A stretch of 63,287 nucleotides of DNA, filler included, from Folioceros fuciformis (Eukaryota), in assembly GCA_049999805.1 (NCBI GenBank). It is 30 parts of 30 records of this genome, joined end to end, with 100 filler letters (N's around TTAATTAATTAA, not from the genome) between each part and the next. Parts side by side here need not be neighbours in the genome. Positions count along the whole stretch, not along the records: positions 21,524 to 24,381 come from JBNGIO010000838.1; positions 24,482 to 25,526 come from JBNGIO010000839.1; positions 25,627 to 28,559 come from JBNGIO010000840.1; positions 28,660 to 30,360 come from JBNGIO010000841.1; positions 30,461 to 31,501 come from JBNGIO010000842.1; positions 31,602 to 32,670 come from JBNGIO010000843.1; positions 32,771 to 34,466 come from JBNGIO010000844.1; 23 more parts are not named here. One strand, given 5' to 3'. The notes beneath the pieces are model-generated. The model was not told the origin of the DNA. It ran no database searches and was given only the letters and a program-made list of their open reading frames with translations. Shown piece after piece: positions 22,836 through 34,566 of the stretch. A program made the translations under genes and the position numbers. The stretch's first letter is position 1. Each line of letters opens with the position of its first letter.

Positions 22836-23581
22836 CTCACTATGGCCCTCATCAAAATATCTTCTTCAACGTAAAGCTTCTCCGCCTTGTCTGCTTCACT
22901 TAAGCAAGCATACTCTCTACCATCGTCTTCAGTCTCGCCATGGGCATTAATATTAACGCAAAACAGAAAACAATCGTCCTTTTCTAAGTCAGGATGCCTG
23001 AGAAGGTGCTCCAACGTTGATTTCGCTTCCTTAAGATCGTCCACCGCACAAGCTATCTCGAACTTCCAGGGCACACCGCGGAGAAGAACGTCAATTTAAT
23101 TAGCTATCCTCCATCTCTGCCTTTTTCTATACTGACCATCATTGCAAGATCTCGCCGGTGACCTTCATTCACCCTTTCGTTTGGATATCATGGTTCCTTC
23201 CCTGACTTCAGTAGAGGCGGTCCCTGTGACTGACTTTGGATATGATGGTTCCTTCCCCGAGGTTCTCCACACACTCAGTCCTGATGATCCCTTCTACTAG
23301 TTCAAGTCCAGGATTCCCTTCAGGAGAAGCACAAAATGTTCTCAGTTTCGCAACAATACTCTGCTGGAGAAATTCGATCGTTTGTCTGTGCTCTTGAGTG
23401 ACGTCATCAAAATGTGAACACGATCACCAATGTCCCCGCTCTCCTCCCCATCATCCCCACTGCTCTCCAACAATACGTCCATACCACAGTAGTTTAATTT
23501 GATCAAGTTCTGTGCAATGCCATACTGATGACACTAAGGAGACTACTATGAGCAAATTGAATCAGGCAAGCGAGGAAACAT

Positions 23582-23889
23582 GTGCCCGGTACATGACTTA
23601 CCCCTAGGATGAGAATGACATCAAGGCTTTTACAGTGGGCCTGTATCTCTTTGGCAAGGACTTCCATATGGTGAAGATATTTGTTGGGCAGAAGGCCATG
23701 CAGGATGTTCTGCACTTTTACTACAGCAAGTTCCATGGATCAGCGAGGTACAGGCGATGGTTGGGAGCAAGGAGAAACAGGGGCAGGTGTGTAAATGGGT
23801 CAAGCTTGGTTACAGGTTGGCGCCAAGAACAGCTTCTTCACCTCCTGTATCCTTCTGTTCTAGACACTGCAAAATCTGCACTTGCTGAG
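23582..23889 (+). pseudogene. Plant SANT-domain protein gene fragment
   Basis: *DENDIKAFTVGLYLFGKDFHMVKIFVGQKAMQDVLHFYYSKF...YRRW...GRCVNG...TGWRQEQLL matches the conserved block of plant SANT-domain proteins (W...FLLGLYIFGK...FYYGKF...YRRW...FTGWRQQELL). The conserved Trp codon is TAG (23605), and similarity ends after LAE. Confidence 0.7.
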
Positions 23890-24481
23890 GAACATACTGA
23901 GCTGTCCAGGAAGCTTTTGGCTGTGGCTGCAAGGCTTATCAGTTGCAGAAGCGCGGGGACCGGCCCGTGCCAGGACGAGGCATGAGCAGAATGGCTTCAA
24001 ACTCACCAGCTAACCGTTGCTGGAATGAGTGGTTAACTGACTAATCCATCTGCTTATGGAACATCAAACAAAATATGTGCACAGAGTGGTTGCTAGCATA
24101 TTCTTGCGCCCAGTTGCCCTGGCATTTTACTTTTACTTTGCATTTGATATCCTCGGTGCCGTAGAGCCTAGGCAAAGGGTATACACAGAGTCCAAAAGCG
24201 CAGCGTAGCACTGAGCAGCTCGGAAACTCGGGAAATATGTACACAACGGAACAAACTGATGAAGCGAGGAAGTGGTTCATATTGTGTTGCGAAAGTGCTG
24301 TGCCTCCTGCAGGAATGCCTCCCTTCTGGTTGTCAGTTACTTCACTCGTCGTTTCTTCATCACTGTAGAGCAGTCGGTGCANNNNNNNNNNNNNNNNNNN
24401 NNNNNNNNNNNNNNNNNNNNNNNNNTTAATTAATTAANNNNNNNNNNNNNNNNNNNNNNNNNNNNNNNNNNNNNNNNNNNN

Positions 24482-25526
24482 GGCAACCTTGTCTTTAGGT
24501 ATGCTCCGTTTTGGAGATGCCCTGAGGTGGCGGCGGAGATGGCAGGCGCCTAGTTGTTTTGTTTGCTTGTAGCACACAAAGGAAAGCAAGCATAGCTGCC
24601 CTAAGGTGGCAGCGGAGATGGCAGGCGCCTAGTTGTTTTGTTTGCCTGTAGCACACAAAGGAAAGCAAGCATAGCTGCCCTGTTGTGCGCCCATCCGCCC
24701 CCACTGATTGTGACAAGCGCTAACCTTGTGAGTGAGTGCGTGCATGTGCAGTTGTGTGCAGGTCAAGGGTTTGTCTTGACTACAAGGCCCAAACCTTCAC
24801 AGTGCGCGGTATGGCGCTCCTTAGGCAGTGGTTTTGTGAACAGGTCAGCAAGGTTCTGGTCTGTAGGTACGTAGACCAGGTCTATCTCACCTGACTCCAC
24901 GGTTTCTCTGATGTAGTGTTGCTTCACTGCAATATGTCTTGTTCTGGAGTGGTGAACTGGATTTCTAGATAGGGCGATGGCCGATTGATTGTCACAATAG
25001 ATGGTTGTGGCTCCAGGTTGTGGAAACCCTACAGAGGCCATAAAGCGCATGTTGTAGACTGTTTCCTGAGCAGCTGAGGTTGCGGCTGTGTATTCAGCCT
25101 CAGTGCTGGAGAGGGCCACCACTGTCTGCTTCTTAGATGTCCAGCTGATTGCTCCTCCAAACAGAATGGTGCAGTTTGCAGTAATCGATTGCCTGGAGTC
25201 CTCGTCACTGGCCTAGTCGGAGTCAGAATAACAGATAAGTAGCGGGAACTTCCCTTGCGATTTGTATCTGATGCCGAGATATTGTGTGCCCTTGAGGTAA
25301 CGCAACACCCTCTTAACTCCTGTCCATTGTGCATTGCCAGGATTTGCCAGGAACCGCGAGAAGATGCGAGTAGCAGGGGACACATCAGGTCTAGTCCATC
25401 CACTAATCCATATTAGACATCCAGTTAACATGCTGTAAGGCTTCTTTTCCATCTCTTGCTTTTCAGCATCCGTCTTTGGACTTTGTTCTGTAGAGAATTT
25501 CTCTCCCACAGCCATGGGAGTGATGG
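24482..25526 (-). mobile_element. Ty1/Copia RT end + RNase H + 3' region (copy A)
   Basis: TRPDVS, KRVLRYLKGT, YSDSD, VALSSTEAEY, YCDNQSAI, NLADLFTKPL; stop at 24763. Nearly identical to 27594-28559. Contains a 79-bp tandem duplication (units at 24519 and 24598). Confidence 0.94.
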
Positions 25527-25626
25527 NNNNNNNNNNNNNNNNNNNNNNNNNNNNNNNNNNNNNNNNNNNNTTAATTAATTAANNNNNNNNNNNNNNNNNN
25601 NNNNNNNNNNNNNNNNNNNNNNNNNN

Positions 25627-26308
25627 GGATTAATTGTTATTCACCAGAAAAAGTATCTGACAGAAATTCTCAAACGTTTCCAGCTTGACCAAGCAAGACC
25701 AGTTAGTACTCCATGTTCTGTGGGAGTCAAATTGACAATTGATCAATGTGCTTCAACTGCTGAGGAACTTTTTGATATGGAAAAGATACCTTATAGGCAT
25801 GCTGTTGGCTGTCTAATTTTCATATCGAACTGGACCCAACCAGACATTGCTTTCTCCGTTAGCAGTGTTTCACAGTTCCTGGAAAAGCCAAGCCGCGCTC
25901 ACTGGGCAGCAGTGAAGCGCATATATCGCTATTTGAAGGGCACCATGTACTATGGCATCTTCTATCAAGCTGGTCTTCCCTCTGGATTAACCCTTTCAGC
26001 TTATATTGACGCAGACTGGGCCTCAGACGTTGACTCACGCAAAAGTCTATCAACATACTGTTTCTTGTTAGCTGGAGGAGCCGTAAATTGGTCCTGCAAG
26101 AAACAAACATCGATAGCACTATCATCAACAGAAGCTGAATACATGTCGTTGACAGATACAGCCAAAGAGGCAAAGTGGGAGAGGTCTTATCTTAAGGATC
26201 TTCATCAAGAACAGCTTGAGCCAACAACTATGTACTGTGACAATAATTCTGCAATTGCTCTCGTTGCCAATCCTCGCTTTCATGCGCGAACCAAGCACAT
26301 AGAAATCA
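25627..26308 (+). mobile_element. Ty1/Copia RT end + RNase H fragment
   Basis: PYRHAVGCLIF, KRIYRYLKGT, DADWASD, ALSSTEAEY, YCDNNSAI, HARTKHIEIR, then an abrupt break. Confidence 0.93.
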
Positions 26309-26924
26309 GGTCAGATCTTGTTAGTCATCAAACACAGCAGCAATGGATGAATCTTCACTTACTCACCCAATCAAGGCTTCTGTCCAGCGTTCTCCTTCTG
26401 TGGGAGTTCCTTGCTTGCTCCTTATTGCTTGTGCCCAGGCAACACGTATCCCCCTCAAGGGATCTGCTGCTAGTGACTGAATTCCAGGCTTGATGTCCAC
26501 AATTTGTTCAGTGTTTCCCTCGCGCTTCACAGTCACTCTAGTTGCAATCTCCAGCTCCCAACCAAAACTCCTGATGAATTGCTGAAAGTCGAAGGGTTTC
26601 CACTCTATTTTCCTGCCAGTATGAGCTGTTGTGGTCGCCTCCTGTCTCCTAGCCCTTCTCTTCCTTGGCACAGCATCCTCGCCATAGTTCTCAGGCCTGT
26701 AGCGATTTCCACTTCTTGTCGTCATTTGCTGTTGCCACTGAATTAAGATGCAAAGGAAAGCCAAGATGATTGCCACCTCCGCCAGTAGCTGAGACATGCT
26801 GCCACAATCACCGCTTCGGATTCCCGTTCGTAACAGCGAGGGTTTTACTAACGAGCCTGTGCGTATCGACAATGAGGCCACAGCCCGGTCTTTATCTTAA
26901 AAGAGCATGCACACTGCCTAGGTT

Positions 26925-27130
26925 ATGTGGGAGTGTTGAAAATAGTATTTTATTATTAGTTTAACCTAGGAGTATGCATGGCTAAATGACCTAGCTAGTT
27001 AGGGTTTAGTATAAATACATTTACTTTTATTTTTAATATATTTATTTATTTATGTTTGTCTATGCTCTCGTGTGCTAGTCACCTTTGTGCTGGTGCATGT
27101 ACTGAATGCACAGAATGTCAAGCTTTCTTG
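26925..27130 (+). mobile_element. Probable Copia PPT and start of 3' LTR
   Basis: ...cctaggttATGTGGGAG followed by TGTTGAAAAT (26934) and AT-rich sequence with TATAAATA (~27010). Right boundary not determined. Confidence 0.45.
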
Positions 27131-27593
27131 TCATTATGCCAGCGTGTTATATTTTAGATAGTTAGGGCAACCTATCTCGCTACCCACACTTAGACTGTAA
27201 TCCTGCCGTCGTGAACCTCACATGCGCCGTAATCCGCGCCGTCTCTCAGCTTGCGCATACTCTCCGTCTGCAGATCGAGTTGTAGCTATGCTGAGTGTTG
27301 GCGGAATTTCGCACTTGGACGGCAGCTTTATCCTGCTGCTCCTGCTTGGGCTGCTAGTCTGTGTCGCCACCTGGGAGCAGAAAAGATTTTCCGGGAGGAG
27401 TTCAAGGCTCCAGAAGGCTGGCAGACTTGAGCTTGGCAGGGAGGAAAGGCTGCGCCACAGGATGAGGATGTTGCATGCTCAGCTCCGGCAGCTCAAGGGA
27501 TTGTCTCCTGCTTCTGACGAGGAGGAATTTCGTAAGCTGTCGCCATGTCCAGGTCTTGCCATGATCTTAGACTCTGCATGCTGTGACGCGGAA

Positions 27594-28559
27594 GGCAACC
27601 TTGTCTTTAGGTATGCTCCGTTTTGGAGATGCCCTGAGGTGGCGGCGGAGATGGCAGGCGCCTAGTTGTTTTGTTTGCCTGTAGCACACAAAGGAAAGCA
27701 AGCATAGCTGCCCTGTTGTGCGCCCATCTGCCCCCACTGATTGTGACAAGCGCTAACCTTGTGAGTGAGTGTGTGCATGTGCAGTTGTGTGCAAGTCAAG
27801 GGTTTGTCTTGACTACAAGGCCCAAACCTTCACAGTGCGCGGTATGGCGCTCCTTAGGCAGTGGTTTTGTGAACAGGTCAGCAAGGTTCTGGTCTGTAGG
27901 TACGTAGACTAGGTCTATCTCACCTGACTCCACGGTTTCTCTAATGTAGTGCTGCTTCACTGCAATATGTCTTGTTCTGGAGTGGTGAACTGGATTTCTG
28001 GATAGGGCGATGGCCGATTGATTGTCACAGTAGATGGTTGTGGCTCCAGGTTGTGGAAACCCTACAGAGGCCATAAAGCGCCTGTTGTAGACTGTTTCCT
28101 GAGCAGCTGAGGTTGCCGCTGTGTATTCAGCCTCAATGCTGGAGAGGGCCACCACTGTCTGCTTCTTAGATGTCCAGCTGACTGCTCCTCCAGACAGAAT
28201 GGCGCAATTTGCAGTAATCGACTACCTGGAGTCCTCATCACTGGCCCAGTCGGAGTCAGAATAACAGATAAGTAGCGGGAACTTCCCTTGCGATTTGTAT
28301 CTGATGCCGAGATATTGTGTGCCCTTGAGGTAACGCAGCACCCTCTTAACTCCTGTCTAATGTGCATTGCCAGGATTTGCCAGGAACCGCGAGAAGATGC
28401 GAGTAGCAGGGGACACATCAGGTCTAGTCCATCCACTAATCCATATTAGACATCCAGTTAACATGCTGTAAGGCTTCTTTTCCATCTCTTGCTTTTCAGC
28501 ATCCGCCTTTGCACTTTGTTCTGTAGAGAATTTCTCTCCCACAGCCATGGGAGTGATGG
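27594..28559 (-). mobile_element. Ty1/Copia RT end + RNase H + 3' region (copy B)
   Basis: Same motifs as copy A; premature stop at 28357; RNase H stop at 27796. Confidence 0.94.
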
Positions 28560-28659
28560 NNNNNNNNNNNNNNNNNNNNNNNNNNNNNNNNNNNNNNNNN
28601 NNNTTAATTAATTAANNNNNNNNNNNNNNNNNNNNNNNNNNNNNNNNNNNNNNNNNNNN

Positions 28660-30360
28660 AGGTTGATCCATATAGATTTCTTCTTCTAAATGACCATACA
28701 GGAAGGCTGTCCAAACATCCAATTGATAGATGGTAAGGTTGAGTTCAGCGCACAGGGCCAGAAGCGTCCTTATTGACGTGGCTTTGACAACAGGTGAGTA
28801 AACCTGGTCACCCTGATAGTCTACTCCCTCTCGCTGGCTATAACCCTTGGCCACTAACCTGGCTTTGTATCTTATCCGAGGCTCTACCTCTTGAAACTTG
28901 GTTTTTAGTACCCACTTACACTTGACTATAGTCCTGCCTGCAGGAAGATCTACTAATGCCAAGTGTTGTTTTTGACTAGAGAGTTGTACTCATCGTCAAT
29001 AGCTAATTTCCACTTATCAGCATCCGGTCTAGAGTATGCTTCTTGGAGTGTGAGGGGATCTCCCTCTGAAAGAGCAGAGCTTACAACAAGAGAATACACA
29101 ATGGGATGAATACCAATATATCCCGCTTAATTATATTCTATACCAAAAGGTTTTTCACCCCACAAATGTCTTGGCTGTCTCTGACGAGAAGGATACCTGC
29201 GCTCTGGAGCACTATCACCTGTCCTCGGCAGCGAAATGTGAACATCTGGTACAGGTATATCATTAGGAGGATCCAAATCTTGAGCAGTACCCATGGGGCC
29301 TTCTTCTACAGCTTCAGCTTCATCTTCCCCCCCTCGAGCAGAAGCCGGAGAATCCGGAGCTGCTTGAGAGGAAGGATCCACAGGGGTGCAATCATCAGGA
29401 AAGGATGAAGAATTGAAGTCAAAGGAGACATAATGATCGTCAAGAGGACGAGGGCTACTGGTGGGAGAACTGTCATCCTCTTCGCCATCCAGAACAGGGC
29501 CATGAGATAGAACATAACCTTCATCAAAAGTCACCGTTCGAGCATAGACCGGAGTATGAGAGTGAGTATCATCAACGAGCTTATAAGCCTTGCGGTCCTC
29601 CCCATAGCCAACAAATACAAGTTTCTGTGCTCGAGACGAAAGCTTGTCACGTAATGGGGATGGGACATAGGCAAAGGCTGGAGAGCCAAAAACCCAAAGA
29701 TGAGTAATAAGTGGCTTGTAACCAAACCAACATTCAAAAGGAGTACGGCCAGCTATTGCCTTTGTTAGAAGCCGGTTCTTAATATAAGTGGCTGTGGATA
29801 TAGCCTTAGCCCAAAATGACTTGGGTAAACGAGATTGGGCTAGCATTGCCCTGGCCATGGCCATAAGATTGCCATTGGCCTTCTCCGCAACGCCATTCTG
29901 AGCAGAAGTGTAGGGAACCGTAAACTGACGAGTAATTCCACGTTCTTCACAGAATGCATGGAAGAGACTATTGTTGAGTTCCCCTGTATTGTCTGAACGA
30001 ATGCACTGCAGCTTGCACCCGGTGTGCAACTCGGCCATCGAGACGAAAGGCTGGAACACAGCAAAAGAGTCGCTCTTGAGACGTAGCGGATACGCAAAGG
30101 AATAACGGGAATAATCATCCACTATAGTCATAAAATGGCGAGCTCCGCCTAAAGAAGTGATAGGAAGAGGTCCACACAGATCCACGTGAACTAGTTCCAA
30201 GGGCTGAGACGCCCTGTGTGCAGGAAGCCTAGAGTATGGTGCACTTCTTTGCTTGGCCAACACACAGGCTTCACAGAAAGGTGGAGTCTTGGCCAAGGAT
30301 GGTAACGTATCATGATAGAGATCCTGCATGGACATGGCAAGTAACTTGGCAGAATTAAGA
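28660..30360 (-). mobile_element. Ty1/Copia pol fragment: GAG-pre-integrase, integrase, start of RT
   Basis: CEACVLAKQ, LVHVDLCGP, IRSDNTGE, AQNGVAEK, KCKWVLK, YKARLVAKGYSQREGVDY, QLDVWTAFLYG; premature stops. Confidence 0.95.
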
Positions 30361-30597
30361 NNNNNNNNNNNNNNNNNNNNNNNNNNNNNNNNNNNNNNNN
30401 NNNNTTAATTAATTAANNNNNNNNNNNNNNNNNNNNNNNNNNNNNNNNNNNNNNNNNNNNACCCTCCATCCACAGCAGCAAGGAACCCCATTGCTCCTTC
30501 GTGGGAACGAAACCCAATGTCTCAACGACAGTGGGATAAGTGTGGCCACTAAAGGTGGAACTCGTTGGCAATCAGTGCCCGGGGTTTTGCCTCCACA

Positions 30598-31501
30598 TCC
30601 TTCGACTTGCTTGTATCCATGCACAACGTATCTTGCCTTATATCTGGCCACTGCTCCATCTGGGTTCAACTTTTTCTTGAACACCCACTTGCCTGTGAGT
30701 GCCTTGCGTCCTGGAGGCAGGTCTACCAGCTCCCAAGTCTGATTGTCGATGAGGGATTGGTACTTTGAGTCTACGCCTGCGTTCCAGCTTTGGCCTTCAG
30801 GGGAGGAAAGTGCTTCCTTTAGTGTGGCTGGCTCTCCAAGATCCTGTGCTGCAGGCAGAGCCTGAGCAAAATAGGCATGAGGTGAGGCATTCTTCTTTCA
30901 TGCGTTGTCACTGGTAGTGAGATTAGAAGTTTGCTGCCTGTAGGCCTCGTCCAGTTCGTAGCTTAATGGCTTGTTAGTCCACTGACTTGGATCAGTTGTA
31001 TGTGTTCTAGACGATCTTCTAGGAGCTGGGGGCTCATATGTTGGTGCCTCATCATGCTCCTCGACCTCTTCCTCAGCTACAGGAGGAGATGGTGGAGTGT
31101 CATCATCCATGTCATCATAATCCTCTTGCTGCTCATTCTCGGAGTGTTGACTAGTGTCAGAGTGAGAGTCATCTGCAGTGAGGTCAGAATCATCGTCTGG
31201 GAAAGCATCTGCTGGTTGAACTAGAACTACTGAAGCTACTGGCACAAACTGAGAGGTAACAAGAGGCACATCATGTTCAGTTGACCGCAGTTCAGTTGCA
31301 TCTTGTTCAGAGGACGTAAGGCGTTGTAGACCAGGTACGTCTCTGTCCTTTCCTGAAGCTTGCAGTAGAAACTGCTCGTCAAAGATGACGGTTCTTGCAT
31401 GTAAGAACCGTTTCCGAGATGGATCATAGAGCTTGTAGCCCTTGATACCATCCGTGTAACCAATGAAGAGATGTTTGGTAGCCTTAAAGTCCATTTTACG
31501 T
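30598..31501 (-). mobile_element. Ty1/Copia integrase C-terminus, linker and start of RT
   Basis: FIGYTDGIKGYKLYDP, ARTVIFDE, acidic linker, WELVDLPPGRKALTGKWVFKKK, RYKARYV. Interrupted at ~30597 by unrelated sequence starting TGTGG on the minus strand. Confidence 0.92.
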
Positions 31502-31601
31502 NNNNNNNNNNNNNNNNNNNNNNNNNNNNNNNNNNNNNNNNNNNNTTAATTAATTAANNNNNNNNNNNNNNNNNNNNNNNNNNNNNNNNNNNNNNNNNNN
31601 N

Positions 31602-32670
31602 CGTGGGTAAGGGCACCGTGCAAATTCAAGTGAATGATTTTACGGCTCACATTAGGGATGTTCTCCATGTCCCTGTGCTATCCAAAAATCTGCTCTCTGC
31701 CACCCTAACCGCGGAATAACCTTCAACCAACAAGGATGCGTTATCTACACCACTACCTCTGAAGGTCAGATCAAAACCATCCATTGCCCCCGTAAGGGCG
31801 GACTTTTCCCGGTAGGTATTGGGATTCCTGCCCCTGAGAAGCCGACAAGTGTTAGTTTGGCTGCTAACCTCAACCACAGCTCGTTGACCCAGCTCTGGCA
31901 TTTGAGGCTCGCACATCTACACTATCAAGGAATTAAGCGGATGCAATCTAAGCACATGGTCGAAGGACTACCTCAGAAGTTTCAGGCAGATCTCCCTTTG
32001 TGTGAGGGCTGCTTGTTGGGCAAGCAACATGCCCAACCTTACCCTAGGTCAGCCAGCACCACGACGAGCATCTTAGAGCTGGTGCATGCTGACCTCTGTG
32101 GCCCCATGCAAATTGAATCCCTCACAGGCAAATTACACGTGTTCATTCTTCTGGACGACTATAGCCACTACACTCACCTTTATTTTCTGAGGCACAAGTC
32201 CGAAGCATTCGTTTCTTTTCAGCTTTACAAAGCCCTAGTCAAGAATCAGACTGGTAAACTCATCAAGATTTTTCGCACGGACAATGCTGGAGAACTCACC
32301 TCTCCTGCCTTCGAGAATTTCCTATAGACCCATGGCATCTTACACCCGAAAATTGTGCCCTACGCACATCAACAACTAGGGAAAGCGGAACGGAGAAATC
32401 GTTCCCTGATGGATGCAACAAGGAGCTCCCTAGCCACAGCAGGCCTACCTAATGCCTTGTGGGCGGATGCTGCTGCTGCTGTTTGCTATGTCCAGAACCG
32501 ATGCGGTACCTCTACGATCCGGGATAAAAAACCCTTTGAAATCTGGACAGGCCACAAACCAAAGGTCAGCCACCTTAGAACTTTTGGTTGTCCTGCTTAT
32601 CAGCATGTCCCACCAGAAGGCCGCCGCAAATTGGATTCCAGATCCGTAAAACTCACCTTTATCGGCTATG
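31602..32670 (+). mobile_element. Ty1/Copia protease end + integrase fragment
   Basis: LWHLRLAH, CEGCLLGKQ, LVHADLCGP, RTDNAGE, AERRNR, TFGCPAY; internal stop at 32325-32327. Confidence 0.94.
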
Positions 32671-33143
32671 NNNNNNNNNNNNNNNNNNNNNNNNNNNNNN
32701 NNNNNNNNNNNNNNTTAATTAATTAANNNNNNNNNNNNNNNNNNNNNNNNNNNNNNNNNNNNNNNNNNNNCTTAAGGGTTGGCGGCTGGAAAGTGTTGTT
32801 CAACGTGACCTTGTGATCGACGAAACCCGGGAGAGAAGAAGAGCTCCTAGCGGATACTGGCGATGAGACCAGTTTGATGAGGCCGCTACAGGAGGCACAT
32901 AGACTGCTTGGGCTGCCAAAAATATTGCAGGAAGAAGAGGCAGCAATCGGGGAAAACCAGCGTACAGGTGATTGGATTAACTTCGAGCTTCATCCACCTG
33001 ACCTGTTTTTCAAATTGTTGTAGTGCTGTGGTAGCTAACTCTCCCTGTCACCTGATGGCAGGCACATAAGAGCACAAAAGGAAGAGCTACATTCCACAAT
33101 ACTGAGGACATGAGCCTCACCCGTAAGTCTTGTTTGCAGTAGG

Positions 33144-33612
33144 TTAAGCTACGAGTTTGAAATAGGATTGAAAGTTTATCAGCCCAAGTGCCTGCATATG
33201 CTTCTGATGTTTATCCTTTGGTAGGGCCTTTGTTAGGATGTCTGCTGTGTTATTCTCAGTAGGCACGTAGAGAATTTTAACTAACCCCCTCGCAGCAGCA
33301 TCTCTAACATAGTGATGATGGACTTCAATATGTTTCGTCCGAGAGTGGAAGCGGGGATTGGCAACAAGGGCAATGGTTGATTGATTGTCACAGTAGAGGT
33401 GAGTAGGGCCATCCTGCGTTTGCCCAAGGTCATGTAAAAAAGACCGATCCCATTCCACTTCCTTAGTAGCATCAGTAAGGGATTTGTATTTGGCTTCAGT
33501 GCTTGACAGGGCTATACCGGTCTGCTTTTTGCAACTCCAGTTGATAGAAGCTTGGGCGAGGAGGAAAGTATAGGTGGACAAACTCTTATGGGAGTCACTA
33601 TCCGAGGCCCAA
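33144..33612 (-). mobile_element. Ty1/Copia RNase H fragment
   Basis: DWASDSDSHKS, ALSSTEAKY, YCDNQSTI, HSRTKHIEV, ADILTKAL. Confidence 0.93.
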
Positions 33613-34466
33613 TCAGTAAGAGAGAAGTTTTTCCCTGAGTTTGGGAACACTAAGAAGTTGGCGGATATCATAGTAAGAGCCTTGAAACATCTGGATCCAA
33701 GTGTTGCGAGTGGCCATACACTGGCCAAGAATGTGGTGACGAGTTTCTTCTGAAGACCTGCATTTCCGACAAAAAGGATACTCTGCAATGTTGAATCTCC
33801 TAAAGTAAGCCTTAATAGCCATATGCCCAGTCCGAAGCTGGGTGAGAAATGATGAGAGCTTACGGTCATGGAGACCAAGGCATTGTAGCACCGAGGTCAA
33901 AGGGCCACCAAGCACCACCCTCTTAAGCGCAGAAGCCTTAGTTGAGGGAACCCACCGTAAACGCCACTCCTGTAGACTTGCAGCATGAATTTGCTGGCGA
34001 GCTCTGGACACTGATAGGATCCGGTCTTTGCAGGAAATGGGAAGAAGAGTGGCAGCCTTGGCGGTTACATTTGCATGCTCATTACCAACTATATTGTGTG
34101 ATGGCTCGGAATCCAGCGGAGATTAAGGAAAACCTCCGGATAAGCAACCGAGAAGGCATGGAGAGATGCCCTAGCTTGGAGAGATATGGCTTGGGCTGGG
34201 CGAGCCAAAGTGTCCGTTAAAGATATGATAGCTGCTTGATTGTCAAGGAAAATTGTAATTGATGAAATCCTAGGGATGGAAGCAAAGAGGGTGGGCAGGC
34301 ATGAAATTGCTTTGACCACAGAGAGGAGTTCTGCCTCATAAACCCCGTAGTATGTTTCTAAACCAAGAGATAATTGATGGACAATATCCCCATTGAAGTA
34401 GAAAACAGCCGTGCCCCCAGCATGACCATCCAGAAGAGAACCATCAGTGTAAATGGTAAGGGCATC
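33613..34466 (-). mobile_element. Non-LTR retrotransposon (I-group/Tad1-like LINE) ORF2 3' end: RNase H followed by CCHC finger, degenerate
   Basis: IYTDGS...VYEAEL...IFLDNQAAI...LRWIPSH (frameshift) IVGNEHAN..AKAA, then LTQLRTGH...YFRRF...PFCRKCRSSEETRHHILGQC. Confidence 0.85.
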
Positions 34467-34566
34467 NNNNNNNNNNNNNNNNNNNNNNNNNNNNNNNNNN
34501 NNNNNNNNNNTTAATTAATTAANNNNNNNNNNNNNNNNNNNNNNNNNNNNNNNNNNNNNNNNNNNN

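Noticed and set aside
22467-22874. Poly(Met-Ala) or poly(Trp-X) proteins as real CDS
   Set aside because: Microsatellite translations with no independent support; kept only as a low-interest finding.
33144-33878. 244-aa ORF as one protein
   Set aside because: It crosses the LINE/Copia junction; its first part is an off-frame reading of the LINE.
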